NCBI GenBank assembly: GCA_963662745.2
Contig: CAXXUI010000002.1
Location: 1,176,024-1,240,023, forward strand
Direction of reading: 5' to 3'
Source: Bryobacterales bacterium
GTDB taxonomy: Bacteria; Acidobacteriota; Terriglobia; Bryobacterales; UBA6623
Length of the DNA: 64,000 nucleotides
Part shown: piece after piece, positions 46,583 to 55,990 of the stretch
Layout of the letters: every line of letters begins with the position of its first letter
How positions within the stretch are numbered: the stretch's first letter is position 1
Notes under the pieces: generated by a model
The model's input: only the letters and a program-made list of their open reading frames with translations
The model's database searches: none
Told to the model about the DNA's origin: nothing
Translations under genes and position numbers: made by a program

Positions 46583-46724
46583 CCCCGTTGTAAGGCGAGG
46601 GAAAGTGGCTCGCCCGCCAGCGCTGCCCGCTGGCCCGCAAGGTCCCGCCTGCAGCCTGACCCGGCGCTGTGGATACTATCCGGCGGGGCCCGCAGCCCGC
46701 CAGTTCATCAATCCTCAGTCCTGC

Positions 46725-48155
46725 TCAGTCGAAGTACTTCTCCACGATCCAATCAGGCTGCCAGCGGTCGGCAGATCTCTGCCGGCTCGACAAGTCAATC
46801 TCCTTGGCTTCTGGCTTGGCCACCGAGAGCGGGTCCGTGTCACCCACCTCCCGCTGCCATTGCTGCATCAGTGCGGTCAATTCGGCGATGCGCTCTCGCT
46901 GCGATGGATCGGCGGCGAGGCTGCGCGTCTCATCCGGGTCCGCTTGCAGGTCAAACAGCTGTTGGTGATTGATCCTCGGATAGCGGATCAGCTTCCAGCG
47001 ATCCGTCCTGACAGCCTTCATCAAGTTCCGGAACGACGTGAAGATCGATTCCCGCACGCTCGGCACTTCGCCCCGCCACACTGTCGACAGATCTACGCCG
47101 TCGATGCCCGCCGGAGGCTGCACGCCGACCATCGCGCACAGCGTGGGGAATATGTCGAGCAGGTAGCAGAACGTGTCTGACTCGCCCCGCGGGATGCCCG
47201 GTCCGGCGAAGATTAGCGGAGCGCCCATGGAGTGCTCGTACAGGTTCTGCTTCCCCAGCAAGCCGTGGCTGCCGACAGCGAGACCGTGATCGGCGGTGTA
47301 TAGAACGATTGTGTCTTCCGCATGCGGCCCGCCGCGTAGTTCTCGCAAAATGCGGCCGACTTGCCGGTCGAGGTGGGTGATCAAGCCGTAGTATTCCGCG
47401 AGCTGGTCGCGAACTACCTTCTCGGTGCGCGGCCACGGCCCGAGTTTCTCGTCCCGCCCGGTCATGTGGCCGTTGTTGAACGGATGCTGGGGAGCGAAGT
47501 TCGGGGGCAGCGGCGGCGGGTCGCGATAATACATGCGCCGGTACTTCGGAGGGGGGTTGCGGGGGTCGTGAGGCGCCGTGAACGCGACATAGGCGAAGAA
47601 CGGCGCATCGTCCCCGTAGTTGCGGAGGAACTCGATCGCAGCGTCGGCGAAGAGCGTGCTGGAGAAGCGGACTCCTTCGCGCTCCGGCGTCAGCCGGCCG
47701 TCCGCCCCCAGATCCGATAGCGGCACCTTGACGTGGTCGGACATGCCGCCGAACAGGATGTTCTTTCCTCGCTGGAAGCTCCTCAGCCAGGATTCTCGAC
47801 CGTTGTGCCACTTGCCTGTTGCGAACGTCGCGAAGCCACGCTCCCCGAGGAGCTGGCCGAGAGTCGTTTCGCCTCCCAGGTCCGAGGGTGTCCGGAAGAA
47901 GCTCTTGCCCGTGTTCAGCATCGCCCGGCTGGGCACGCACACGGCTCCGCCCTGCGAACCCATGCAGTAGGCGCGCCGGAAGTTGAATCCGCGATCCGCG
48001 AGCCGATCAAGCGTCGGAGTGCGGATGTACGGGTTGCCGTAGGCTGCGATCGTGTCGGGTCGTTGGTCGTCAGCGACCAGCAGCAGAATGTTGGGCTGCT
48101 TGCCGGCCGCGGAGCCGGCCAGAGCGAGTGCGAGGGCCAGTGGCAAATGCTTCAT
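46725..48155 (-). CDS. Sulfatase (Cys-type), secreted
   Basis: Signal MKHLPLALALALAGSAAG. LLLVADDQRPD and CVPSRAMLNTGK (C-x-P-x-R). Confidence 0.9.
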   Translation of the reverse strand: MKHLPLALALALAGSAAGKQPNILLLVADDQRPDTIAAYGNPYIRTPTLDRLADRGFNFRRAYCMGSQGGAVCVPSRAMLNTGKSFFRTPSDLGGETTLGQLLGERGFATFATGKWHNGRESWLRSFQRGKNILFGGMSDHVKVPLSDLGADGRLTPEREGVRFSSTLFADAAIEFLRNYGDDAPFFAYVAFTAPHDPRNPPPKYRRMYYRDPPPLPPNFAPQHPFNNGHMTGRDEKLGPWPRTEKVVRDQLAEYYGLITHLDRQVGRILRELRGGPHAEDTIVLYTADHGLAVGSHGLLGKQNLYEHSMGAPLIFAGPGIPRGESDTFCYLLDIFPTLCAMVGVQPPAGIDGVDLSTVWRGEVPSVRESIFTSFRNLMKAVRTDRWKLIRYPRINHQQLFDLQADPDETRSLAADPSQRERIAELTALMQQWQREVGDTDPLSVAKPEAKEIDLSSRQRSADRWQPDWIVEKYFD

Positions 48156-48605
48156 GGAATACCTTGGGCCATGCTGGCATGCCCGGCCCGGGTGCAGCTG
48201 CGAACCGTGTTGGTGAGCCGCAGGCTATGACCAGTCTGCTGAACATTCCTGCGGGCGTTGCAGCCCGGCTGGAATGAGCGTAACAGGCCTTGCCCGTACC
48301 GTCCTCTAGTCGGCCTGCCCCGGCTCCGCCGTCCGACCAGGGCTCCCGGCGACTGTCACCGGCCACCCACTTCGATCCGGCGCGCTGGGCGCGTCTTGGC
48401 TTGAATCAAGAGTCCCGGGTGTAGCAGGCGAGCCCGCCGCGGCCCCGGGCGAGGCGGTGCCTACCGCTGCTGTGTCTTCAACCTGCCGGTCTTCGCCAGC
48501 GGGTATGGCCGGTTCGGCGTCCTGCAAGTAGCCTGCGGCCGGTCACAGCCCCGGAGCCGGCGGCTCTGCGAAGGGCCCGTCAGGGCCGAGTATACTCGGC
48601 CGTTC

Positions 48606-50132
48606 GTGATGCAACGGTTCAGATCATGGCTTCTCGTGGCAGTGTGCTCGCTGCTTTCTCCGGCGCTCGGCTATGCTCAGGACCGGCCGAACATCCTGTT
48701 CATCATGTCGGACGACCATGCCGCCCACGCTCTGGGCGCTTACGGCGGCAGACTCGCGGGACTCGACCCGACCCCCGTGCTCGACCAGCTCGCCGCCGAG
48801 GGGGCGCTGTTCGAGAACGCCTTCTGCACGAACTCGATCTGCACGCCCTCCCGGGCCACACTGCTTACGGGCCAGTACAGCCATGTCAATCGCGTCACGA
48901 CCCTCAACGGCCACTTGGAGGGTGACCGGCAGCATGTGCCCCAACTGATCAGGGACGCTGGCTACCAGACGGCCATGGTCGGCAAGTGGCATCTCAAGCG
49001 CGAACCGGCTTTCGACTACTACTGCGTCCTGCCGGGCCAAGGCTCCTACTTCAACCCCGTCATGCGGAAGTCGGGCAGGCCGTGGCCCGACAATCTCAGA
49101 CGCTTCTCTGGATACGACTCCACCCACTCTTCCGACGCCATCGTCAACGCCTCGCTCGACTGGCTCAAGCGCCGGGACAAGGAGCGGCCCTTCTTCCTGA
49201 TGCATCACTTCAAGGCTCCGCACGACAACTTCGAGAATGCCGAGCGCTATGACTTCCTCTACCAGGACGTCTCGATTCCCGAGCCGGGCAGCCTGTGGGA
49301 GACGCCGAACCATGCTTCGGCGGCGACGCGAGGTGCGGGCACGTCGATTGGCAAGCGAAACGCCCGCCGCAATATGGGCCACCACATGTTCGTCGATCCG
49401 TCGCTCAGCGCGGAGGACTACCAGCGCACGGCCTACCAGCGCTACTTGAAGAAGTACTTGCGGACCGTGAAGGGCGTCGACGACGGCGTGGCCCGTATCT
49501 TGGCGCACCTTGAGCGCGAGGGCGAGCTGAACAACACCGTGATCCTGTACACCTCCGACCAAGGCTTCATGCTCGGCGAGCACGACTACATCGACAAGCG
49601 CTGGATGTACGAGGAGTCGCTCCGGATTCCGCTGCTCGTCCGCTACCCGCCCATGGTGCGGGCGGGCGCACGTTCGGATCACATCGTAAACAACACCGAC
49701 CTTGCCCCTACTCTGCTGGAACTGGCCGGCTTGGAGCCGCCCTCCTTCATGCAGGGGCGCAGCCTGGTGCCCATCCTCGCGGGGGATCCGCCAGCGGATT
49801 GGAGGTCCTCGACGTACTACCGCTACTGGATGAACTACGCTCATCACGACGTGCCGGCCCATTACGGAGTGCGGACCAAGGAGTTCAAGCTGATCTTCTT
49901 CTACGGCCTGCCCCTCGACGCTCCGGGCGCCCGGCAAGCCGACACGACGCCGGGCTGGGAGCTGTACGACTTGCGCAGCGACCCGGGCGAGCTGCGGAAT
50001 GTCTACGGCGAGGAGGCGTACCGGCAGGTCGCCGAGGATCTCAAGGCAGAGCTGCTGCGCCTCAAGGCCGAGCTCGGAGACTCCGACGACCGGTATCCCG
50101 ATCTCATGGAGATCCGGCGCGAGTACTGGTAG
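48606..50132 (+). CDS. Sulfatase (Cys-type; N-sulfoglucosamine sulfohydrolase-like), secreted
   Basis: Signal WLLVAVCSLLSPALGYA. ILFIMSDDH, CTPSRATLLTGQ and GKWHL. Confidence 0.9.
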   Translation: MMQRFRSWLLVAVCSLLSPALGYAQDRPNILFIMSDDHAAHALGAYGGRLAGLDPTPVLDQLAAEGALFENAFCTNSICTPSRATLLTGQYSHVNRVTTLNGHLEGDRQHVPQLIRDAGYQTAMVGKWHLKREPAFDYYCVLPGQGSYFNPVMRKSGRPWPDNLRRFSGYDSTHSSDAIVNASLDWLKRRDKERPFFLMHHFKAPHDNFENAERYDFLYQDVSIPEPGSLWETPNHASAATRGAGTSIGKRNARRNMGHHMFVDPSLSAEDYQRTAYQRYLKKYLRTVKGVDDGVARILAHLEREGELNNTVILYTSDQGFMLGEHDYIDKRWMYEESLRIPLLVRYPPMVRAGARSDHIVNNTDLAPTLLELAGLEPPSFMQGRSLVPILAGDPPADWRSSTYYRYWMNYAHHDVPAHYGVRTKEFKLIFFYGLPLDAPGARQADTTPGWELYDLRSDPGELRNVYGEEAYRQVAEDLKAELLRLKAELGDSDDRYPDLMEIRREYW

Positions 50133-50158
50133 CGGCTGCCGCGGCCGCCGCGCGGCTG

Positions 50159-51601
50159 TCAGGCTCCGCCCAACGGGCGCACTTCCGCTTCGAGGTCGCT
50201 CACGAAGCGTCGGGCTTGGTGCAGCAGCTCCTCGACTAGCTCCGCGTGACGGTCCCGGATGTCGAACTGCTCCCCCGCGTCAGCCAGCAGGTCGTAGAGG
50301 CCGGCCGCTACCAGAGCGCCTTCCTCGCTGGGGTCCAGCCGGAGCTTGTGGCGTCCCTTGCGGATCCCCTGCAGTCTTGCTGGCCCGCCCGGTCGGCTAC
50401 CGGCGAAAAAGTAGAAGTACTCGTGCGGGGACTCGTCAGTCTCGCCGCTCAGCAGCGGCCACAGGTTCCGGCCGTCCAGCACTCGGTCTTCCGGAAGCCC
50501 GGCGCCCGCGAGGCTCGCGAAGGTCGGCAGGATGTCCATGTTGGCGGCCACCGCGGAGCTGATCCGGCCGGCCGGAATCGAGCCGGGCATCCAGAAGATT
50601 CCCGGCACGCGCATGCCGCCCTCCCAAGTCGTTCCCTTGCCCAGCTTGAGCGGGCCGGCCGATCCCGCGTCGATGCCGTACTGCAGCCACGGCCCGTTGT
50701 CGGAGGTGTAGACCACCAAGGTCTTCCGGTCGAGACCCCGCTCCCGCAGCTTGGAGAGGATCCGCCCCACAGACCAGTCCAGCTCCTCGATGACGTCGCC
50801 GTAGCGACCGCGCAGTGACCGGCCCCAGCGCTCGTTCGAGACGAACAGGGGCACATGCGGCATGGCGTACGGAAGGTACAGGAAGAACGGCCGCGCGGCG
50901 TTCTGGTCGATGAACTTCAGCGCCAGCTCGGTGTACAGAGTCGTCAGCTTGCGCTGGTCCGAGTCCGTCTCGACGACCTCGTCGTCCCGCATGAGCGGCA
51001 GCGGGTGCGGGAAGCCCTGACCACTCTCCAAGTCGTAGTAGTGTCCCTGCCCCGCGAACCCGGTCATGGCGGCGCGCTCGCGCGCCGACAGCATGCGCTC
51101 GTCCTCCGGTTCGCGCACCGGCATGACCGGGTGGTAGCGCCACATGTCGTTCGAGAACGGGATTCCGAACCAGCTGTCGAACCCGTGCCGGTGCGGTAGG
51201 TACTTGGGAGCGTCGCCCAAGTGCCACTTGCCGATCATGCGGGTCGAGTAGCCGGCCTCTCCCAGCAGCTCGGCGACCGTCAGTTCGCCGGGATGGATGC
51301 CGGTCCGGGCTCGCGGGCCGTGGTTGAAGGCCAAGCTGGCCCGGGGCGGGTACGATCCCGTCATGAGCGCCGCCCGGGACGGACCGCAGAACGGCGCGGC
51401 GTAGAAGCTGGTCAGCCGAGCGCCCTCAGCCGCCATGCGGTCGATGTGCGGCGTGCGGATGTCCGGATGCCCGTAGCAGCCCAGATCACCCCAGCCCTGG
51501 TCGTCGGCGAACAGCACGATGAAGTTCGGCTGCTCGGATGTCTGGCCTGTGGCGGCCGGAATCAGGGCGATCCCGCAGAGAGCGGCTAGGAGGCTGCGCA
51601 T
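50159..51601 (-). CDS. Arylsulfatase A-family sulfatase (Cys-type), secreted
   Basis: Signal MRSLLAALCGIALIPAATG. VLFADDQGWGDLGCYG, CGPSRAALMTGS and GKWHLG. Confidence 0.9.
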   Translation of the reverse strand: MRSLLAALCGIALIPAATGQTSEQPNFIVLFADDQGWGDLGCYGHPDIRTPHIDRMAAEGARLTSFYAAPFCGPSRAALMTGSYPPRASLAFNHGPRARTGIHPGELTVAELLGEAGYSTRMIGKWHLGDAPKYLPHRHGFDSWFGIPFSNDMWRYHPVMPVREPEDERMLSARERAAMTGFAGQGHYYDLESGQGFPHPLPLMRDDEVVETDSDQRKLTTLYTELALKFIDQNAARPFFLYLPYAMPHVPLFVSNERWGRSLRGRYGDVIEELDWSVGRILSKLRERGLDRKTLVVYTSDNGPWLQYGIDAGSAGPLKLGKGTTWEGGMRVPGIFWMPGSIPAGRISSAVAANMDILPTFASLAGAGLPEDRVLDGRNLWPLLSGETDESPHEYFYFFAGSRPGGPARLQGIRKGRHKLRLDPSEEGALVAAGLYDLLADAGEQFDIRDRHAELVEELLHQARRFVSDLEAEVRPLGGA

Positions 51602-51683
51602 CAGTCGTCTACTCCGCCGAGTCTAGCAGCCGCCCGCGGCGGGATTCTCCAAGCCCGGTGCGCCCGCCGTATGATGGTTATCC

Positions 51684-52602
51684 AATGGTCCCGGCCGAAG
51701 AGACCTTCGATGGCACCTTCCCTTTCCAGCCGCGTTTCAGCACTGCCCCCGGATTCCGCATGCACTATGTTGACCAAGGTGCGGGCGAGCCAATCGTGCT
51801 GCTGCACGGCGAGCCCACCTGGGGCTACATCTACCGGCGGTTCATCCCTCCGCTCTCGAAGCGCTGGCGCGTGGTCGTGCCGGACCACATGGGGTTCGGC
51901 AAGAGCGAGACTCCGCTGGACCGCCGCTACACGCTGCGCACGCATGTTGAGAACCTCGCCGCGCTGCTTGACGAGCTGGAACTGGACCGGATCACCTTCG
52001 TGGGGCAGGACTGGGGTGGCCCGATGCTCGCCGCCTACACGGTCAGGCATCCCGATCGCGTCCGGCGCATCGTGCTTCTGAACAGCCTGTGCGGGTACGG
52101 CGCCTGGGTGGCGCCTCCCGGATCGCCCAAGCCTCCGCCGCTGCACGAGTCGGACTGGTTCCGATGGGTCGCCGCCGGCTTGGAGGACGGGACGTACGCT
52201 GAGACGATGCGCAGCCTCGGCCGGCAGGCCGGGCCCCTCATGGCCCGGCTTGGGCTGCGGTCTCGTCTGGGCGCCGCGCAGCTTCGCGCCTATGCCGCGC
52301 CCTTCGCCACTGCCGAGGAGTGCGAGGGAGCCTTCCAGTTCCCGCTCGATGTCGCTCTCGGCCGGATCCGGAGCTATGTGCTGGAGGGCCGTCACGGCGT
52401 CGAGGCGCTGCGGGCCAAGCCCGCCATGCTGGCGCAAGGGATGCTGGACCGAGCCATCCCCCCTGAGGCGGCCATCGCCGATTTCACGGCGCTGTTTCCC
52501 GACGGCCCTGTGTGCCGGCTGGCTGAGGCCGGGCACTTCTGCCAAGAGGACGCGCCCGAGGAGCTGATCGGGCTGATTGAGCGGTTCCTCGCGACCAGCT
52601 GA
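51684..52602 (+). CDS. Haloalkane dehalogenase-like alpha/beta hydrolase
   Basis: MHYVDQGAGEPIVLLHGEPTWGYIYRRFIPPL, PDHMGFGKSE and the VGQDWGG nucleophile elbow. Confidence 0.8.
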
Positions 52603-52623
52603 GTCGCCGGGCGGGCGCGCGCT

Positions 52624-53229
52624 TCAGAGCTGCCGACGGCCTTCGATCGATTCGGTCATCGTCGCCTCGTCAACGAATTCCAGATCGCTGCCGATCGGGA
52701 CCCCCATGCCGATGCGGCTGACCTTGACCTCGATCGGCTTCAGCAGCCGGCTGAGATAGGACGAGGTCGCTTGGCCTTCAGTCGTGGGGCTCGTGGCGAG
52801 GATGACCTCGCGGACTGGATGGGTCTTCATCCGCTCAAGCAGGTTGCGGATCTTGAGCTGATCGGGGCCGACGCTGCGCAGCGGCGAGAGGGCGCCGTGA
52901 AGGATGTGGTACACGCCGTTGTAAGCCCTAGTCCTCTCGACCACCATGATGTTGTTCGGCTGCTCGAGCACGCAGATCAGGGCGTGGTCGCGGTTCGGAT
53001 CCTTGCAGTACGAGCAGAGCGTCCCTTCCGAGATGTTGTTGCACCGCTCGCACAGTTGGATACTCTCGCGCATGCCGGTGATGGCCGCGGCCAGCTGCTC
53101 GGCCTTCTCCCGGTCGACTCCCAGCAGGTGAAACGCCAGGCGCTGCGCCGACTTGGCGCCGATGCCGGGCAGGCGCTTGAGCTCGTCCACCAAGTGCGAC
53201 ATGGGTGCTGCTAGATCGCTGGCTGCCAT
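52624..53229 (-). CDS. recR: Recombination protein RecR
   Basis: LPGIGAKSAQRLAFHLL (HhH), the Cys4 zinc finger CERCNNISEGTLCSYC, and Toprim ICVLEQPNNIMVVE. ATG 53229 has an upstream GGGGAA. Confidence 0.93.
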   Translation of the reverse strand: MAASDLAAPMSHLVDELKRLPGIGAKSAQRLAFHLLGVDREKAEQLAAAITGMRESIQLCERCNNISEGTLCSYCKDPNRDHALICVLEQPNNIMVVERTRAYNGVYHILHGALSPLRSVGPDQLKIRNLLERMKTHPVREVILATSPTTEGQATSSYLSRLLKPIEVKVSRIGMGVPIGSDLEFVDEATMTESIEGRRQL

Positions 53230-53274
53230 GCTTGTATTCCCCGTTCGTCGGTTTGCCGCTCTCAACAAGTCGTC

Positions 53275-53595
53275 TTAGGCGTCGAACTCGTCGCGATCGC
53301 CCAGTCGCTCCATCTTCTGCAGCATGTCGGCCACATAGCCCTGAGCTTGCTGCTGGACGCGCTTGGACGCTTCATTGAACGCCGCGCGGACCATGTCCTG
53401 CAGCATCTCCATGTCGTCAAGCAATTCGGGCTCGATCTCGACGCGGGTGACCACCAGCGCCCCGGTCATGTGAACCGTCACCATCCCGCCTCCCGTTGAA
53501 GCTTCCACCCGGATGTGCGACAGATCCCGTCGGAGCAGCTCGTCCACCTCTCGCGCACCACTGAGGAACGGGTTCCGGCTGTCGGACTCAATCAT
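53275..53595 (-). CDS. ybaB: YbaB/EbfC family nucleoid-associated protein
   Basis: 106 aa, located between dnaX and recR. GGGMVTVHMTGALVVTRVEIEPELL is typical of the family. Confidence 0.9.
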   Translation of the reverse strand: MIESDSRNPFLSGAREVDELLRRDLSHIRVEASTGGGMVTVHMTGALVVTRVEIEPELLDDMEMLQDMVRAAFNEASKRVQQQAQGYVADMLQKMERLGDRDEFDA

Positions 53596-53608
53596 CTTGG
53601 TCTCGTTG

Positions 53609-55081
53609 TCAGGTGCGCCGTCTCAAGTCCTTGACGCTCGCCACTCGGCCCTTGAGGTGTTTCTGGAATTGCAGGAACGCCGGGTCGGCCAGAGCGATCT
53701 TGCGGACGTTCCTGGTCGGCTGCCTCGCCGGCGCACGCTCAAGCGGATCAGAAGCGCCAGCCCCGCCGGCCGCAGGGGCTGTCCTCACCGCCGGCTGTGG
53801 CGCAGGCTGGGCCGGCCGGGAACTCTTGGTCGCCGGCGTGGGAGCGGGCGGCGCCGGAACTGGCTTCGCTCTCGAGCCGGGCGCCGTGACGGAACTCCCG
53901 CTGCTGGTTGGCCGCTTGCCGCCGGCGGCATTCGGCGGGCGCGTTGGGCGGCCTCCTCCCGGCATCGACGAGAGCACTTGCTCGATTGGCCTGAGACGCC
54001 CGGCGTAGACCAGCTTGAGCAGGCCCAGCTCAAGGCGGAAGCGCTCTTGGCTGGACTGTTGCAGTTCTTGGTAGAGCGCCAGCAGGAACTGCACGTAGCG
54101 CGTCAGGTCTTCGCTTGAGAAGTCCTTCAGCCAGGCCTCGGCCGCCTCCCGTTCCCGCTCCCCGGCCACGACGAGCTTGGAATCCGACCCGGCGAACTTC
54201 ATGACCATCAGGTTGCGGAACTGCCGGGTCAGCTCGCCGCAGAAGTGCTGCGCATGCCGACCAGACTGGAACAGCTCGTCGACGACAGACAGCATCGCCG
54301 CCGGATCGCTCTCCCGGATCGCTCCCAGCACTCGCTCGGTGACTTCAGTTGGGACGGCGCCGAGCAGGTCTCGGACGCTGTCGGCGTCCAGCTGCCGGCC
54401 GAAGGCGGCGATCGCTTGGTCCAGCGCCGACAGCGAGTCCCGCATTGAGCCGTCGCCGGCCAGCGCCAAGGCGGTCAACGCGTCGTCAGCCGCCTCGACG
54501 CCCTCCGACTTGCAAAGGAAGCGCAGGTGGTTCACCACCAGCGACAGCTCGACGGACCGGAACGCGAAGCTCTGGCAGCGCGACGTGATCGTGGCCGGGA
54601 TTGATTGGGGCTCGGTCGTGCAGAGGATGAACACCACCCACTCGGGCGGCTCCTCCAGCGTCTTCAGCAGGGCGTTGAAGGCGTCCCTCGTGATCTGGTG
54701 CGCCTCGTCGATGACGTAGACCTTGTAGCGTTCTCGGACCGGGCGGAACCGCACGCTCTCGCGCAGCTCGCGGATGTCGTCGATGCCGCGATTCGAAGCG
54801 GCGTCGATCTCGATCACGTCCAAGCACCCCCCAGCGGCGATTTCCCGGCAGATGGGGGAGCTAGGGTCCAGTTCCGACTTCGGCCCGTCCTCGCAGTTGA
54901 GGGCCATGGCCACGATGCGGGCCGTGGTGGTCTTGCCGGTGCCCCGGGGCCCGGAGAAGATGTAGCCGTGGGCTATGCGGGCTTGGTCGATGGCGTTCCG
55001 CAGCGTCTGCTTGACGTGCGCTTGGCCGACAACCTGGTCAAACGTCTGAGGGCGGTACTTGCGCGCTATGACTTGGTACAT
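53609..55081 (-). CDS. dnaX: DNA polymerase III subunit gamma/tau
   Basis: MYQVIARKYRPQTFDQVVGQ, GPRGTGKTT, VYVIDEAHQ, and a Pro/Ala-rich linker. Confidence 0.93.
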   Translation of the reverse strand: MYQVIARKYRPQTFDQVVGQAHVKQTLRNAIDQARIAHGYIFSGPRGTGKTTTARIVAMALNCEDGPKSELDPSSPICREIAAGGCLDVIEIDAASNRGIDDIRELRESVRFRPVRERYKVYVIDEAHQITRDAFNALLKTLEEPPEWVVFILCTTEPQSIPATITSRCQSFAFRSVELSLVVNHLRFLCKSEGVEAADDALTALALAGDGSMRDSLSALDQAIAAFGRQLDADSVRDLLGAVPTEVTERVLGAIRESDPAAMLSVVDELFQSGRHAQHFCGELTRQFRNLMVMKFAGSDSKLVVAGEREREAAEAWLKDFSSEDLTRYVQFLLALYQELQQSSQERFRLELGLLKLVYAGRLRPIEQVLSSMPGGGRPTRPPNAAGGKRPTSSGSSVTAPGSRAKPVPAPPAPTPATKSSRPAQPAPQPAVRTAPAAGGAGASDPLERAPARQPTRNVRKIALADPAFLQFQKHLKGRVASVKDLRRRT

Positions 55082-55098
55082 CGCATCGGGGCGCGAGC

Positions 55099-55211
55099 GG
55101 AGGTGGGCTCCGGATACAACCGCGGCACGCGGCAGAGGCCGCTACCGTTGCTTCCTTCCGGACCTGGCGGGGTTCACGACATGGCGCTGCACGAGTCCGA
55201 AGCCCACATCC
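55099..55211 (-). ncRNA. ffs: Signal recognition particle RNA (small bacterial 4.5S-type SRP RNA)
   Basis: The minus strand reads ...GUGAACCCCGCCAGGUCCGGAAGGAAGCAACGGUAGC..., which contains the conserved domain IV core GGUCCGGAAGGAAGCA. The ends GGAUGUGGGCUUCGGA and UCCGGAGCCCACCUCC pair. It sits directly upstream of dnaX, a common synteny. The ends are approximate. Confidence 0.75.
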
Positions 55212-55243
55212 AATGTAGCACCCCCCGGTGGGGCCGGAGCAGG

Positions 55244-55954
55244 TCAGCCGCCAGCCGGGCCTCGGACGGTGTCAGACGTGATGCGCCCGTCGACCAGCGT
55301 TATCAGCCGGTCAGCTTGGGCCGCGATCTGGTCGTCGTGCGTGACCATCACCAAGGTGGTGCCTTCCTCCCGGTTGAGGTGCAGCAGCACGTCGAGCACC
55401 ATCTGGCCGTTGCGGCTGTCGAGGTTCCCCGTGGGCTCGTCGGCGAGCACGATCGGGGGTTCGGTCACGAACGCCCGGGCGAGGGCGACGCGCTGTTGCT
55501 CGCCGCCGGACAGCTGCACGGGGTAGTGGTCCTCGCGGTCCGCCAGCCCGACCCGGCCCAGCAGGTCGACGGCGCGGCCTCTGGATTCGGCCCCTCCGAA
55601 CCCGGAGAGATCGAGGGGCAGCATGACGTTCTCCAGCGCGGTGAGCGTGGGGACGAGCTGGTAGGACTGGAACACGAACCCGATCTTGCGCCCGCGCAGC
55701 AGCGCTGCTTGGTCCTCCGACAGCCCGGAAAGCCGGCGGCCGTCAACGAGGACCTCTCCCGCGCTGGGCTTGTCCAAGCCAGCCAGCAGGCCCAGCAGGG
55801 TGCTCTTGCCGCTCCCGGACGGCCCTCGGATGACCAAGAAGGTGCCGGATTCTACGGCGAAGTCGATGCCCCGCAGGATGTCCACGACGCGAGAACCGCT
55901 CGGGATGGACTTGGCGAGGCCTCGCGCCTCGAGCACGGGGCCGGAACTGGTCAT
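55244..55954 (-). CDS. ABC transporter ATP-binding protein (YbbA/LolD/MacB-ATPase-like)
   Basis: Walker A GPSGSGKST, signature LSGGEQQRVALAR and Walker B IVLADEPTGNLD. Confidence 0.9.
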   Translation of the reverse strand: MTSSGPVLEARGLAKSIPSGSRVVDILRGIDFAVESGTFLVIRGPSGSGKSTLLGLLAGLDKPSAGEVLVDGRRLSGLSEDQAALLRGRKIGFVFQSYQLVPTLTALENVMLPLDLSGFGGAESRGRAVDLLGRVGLADREDHYPVQLSGGEQQRVALARAFVTEPPIVLADEPTGNLDSRNGQMVLDVLLHLNREEGTTLVMVTHDDQIAAQADRLITLVDGRITSDTVRGPAGG

Positions 55955-55990
55955 GGGCGGAGCCTAAGACCCTATTATAGGAAGAGGCGG

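Noticed and set aside
53609-55081. Programmed -1 frameshift site in dnaX (A AAA AAG type) producing gamma.
   Set aside because: I saw no A-rich slippery heptamer (no CTTTTTT on the plus strand) in the gene.
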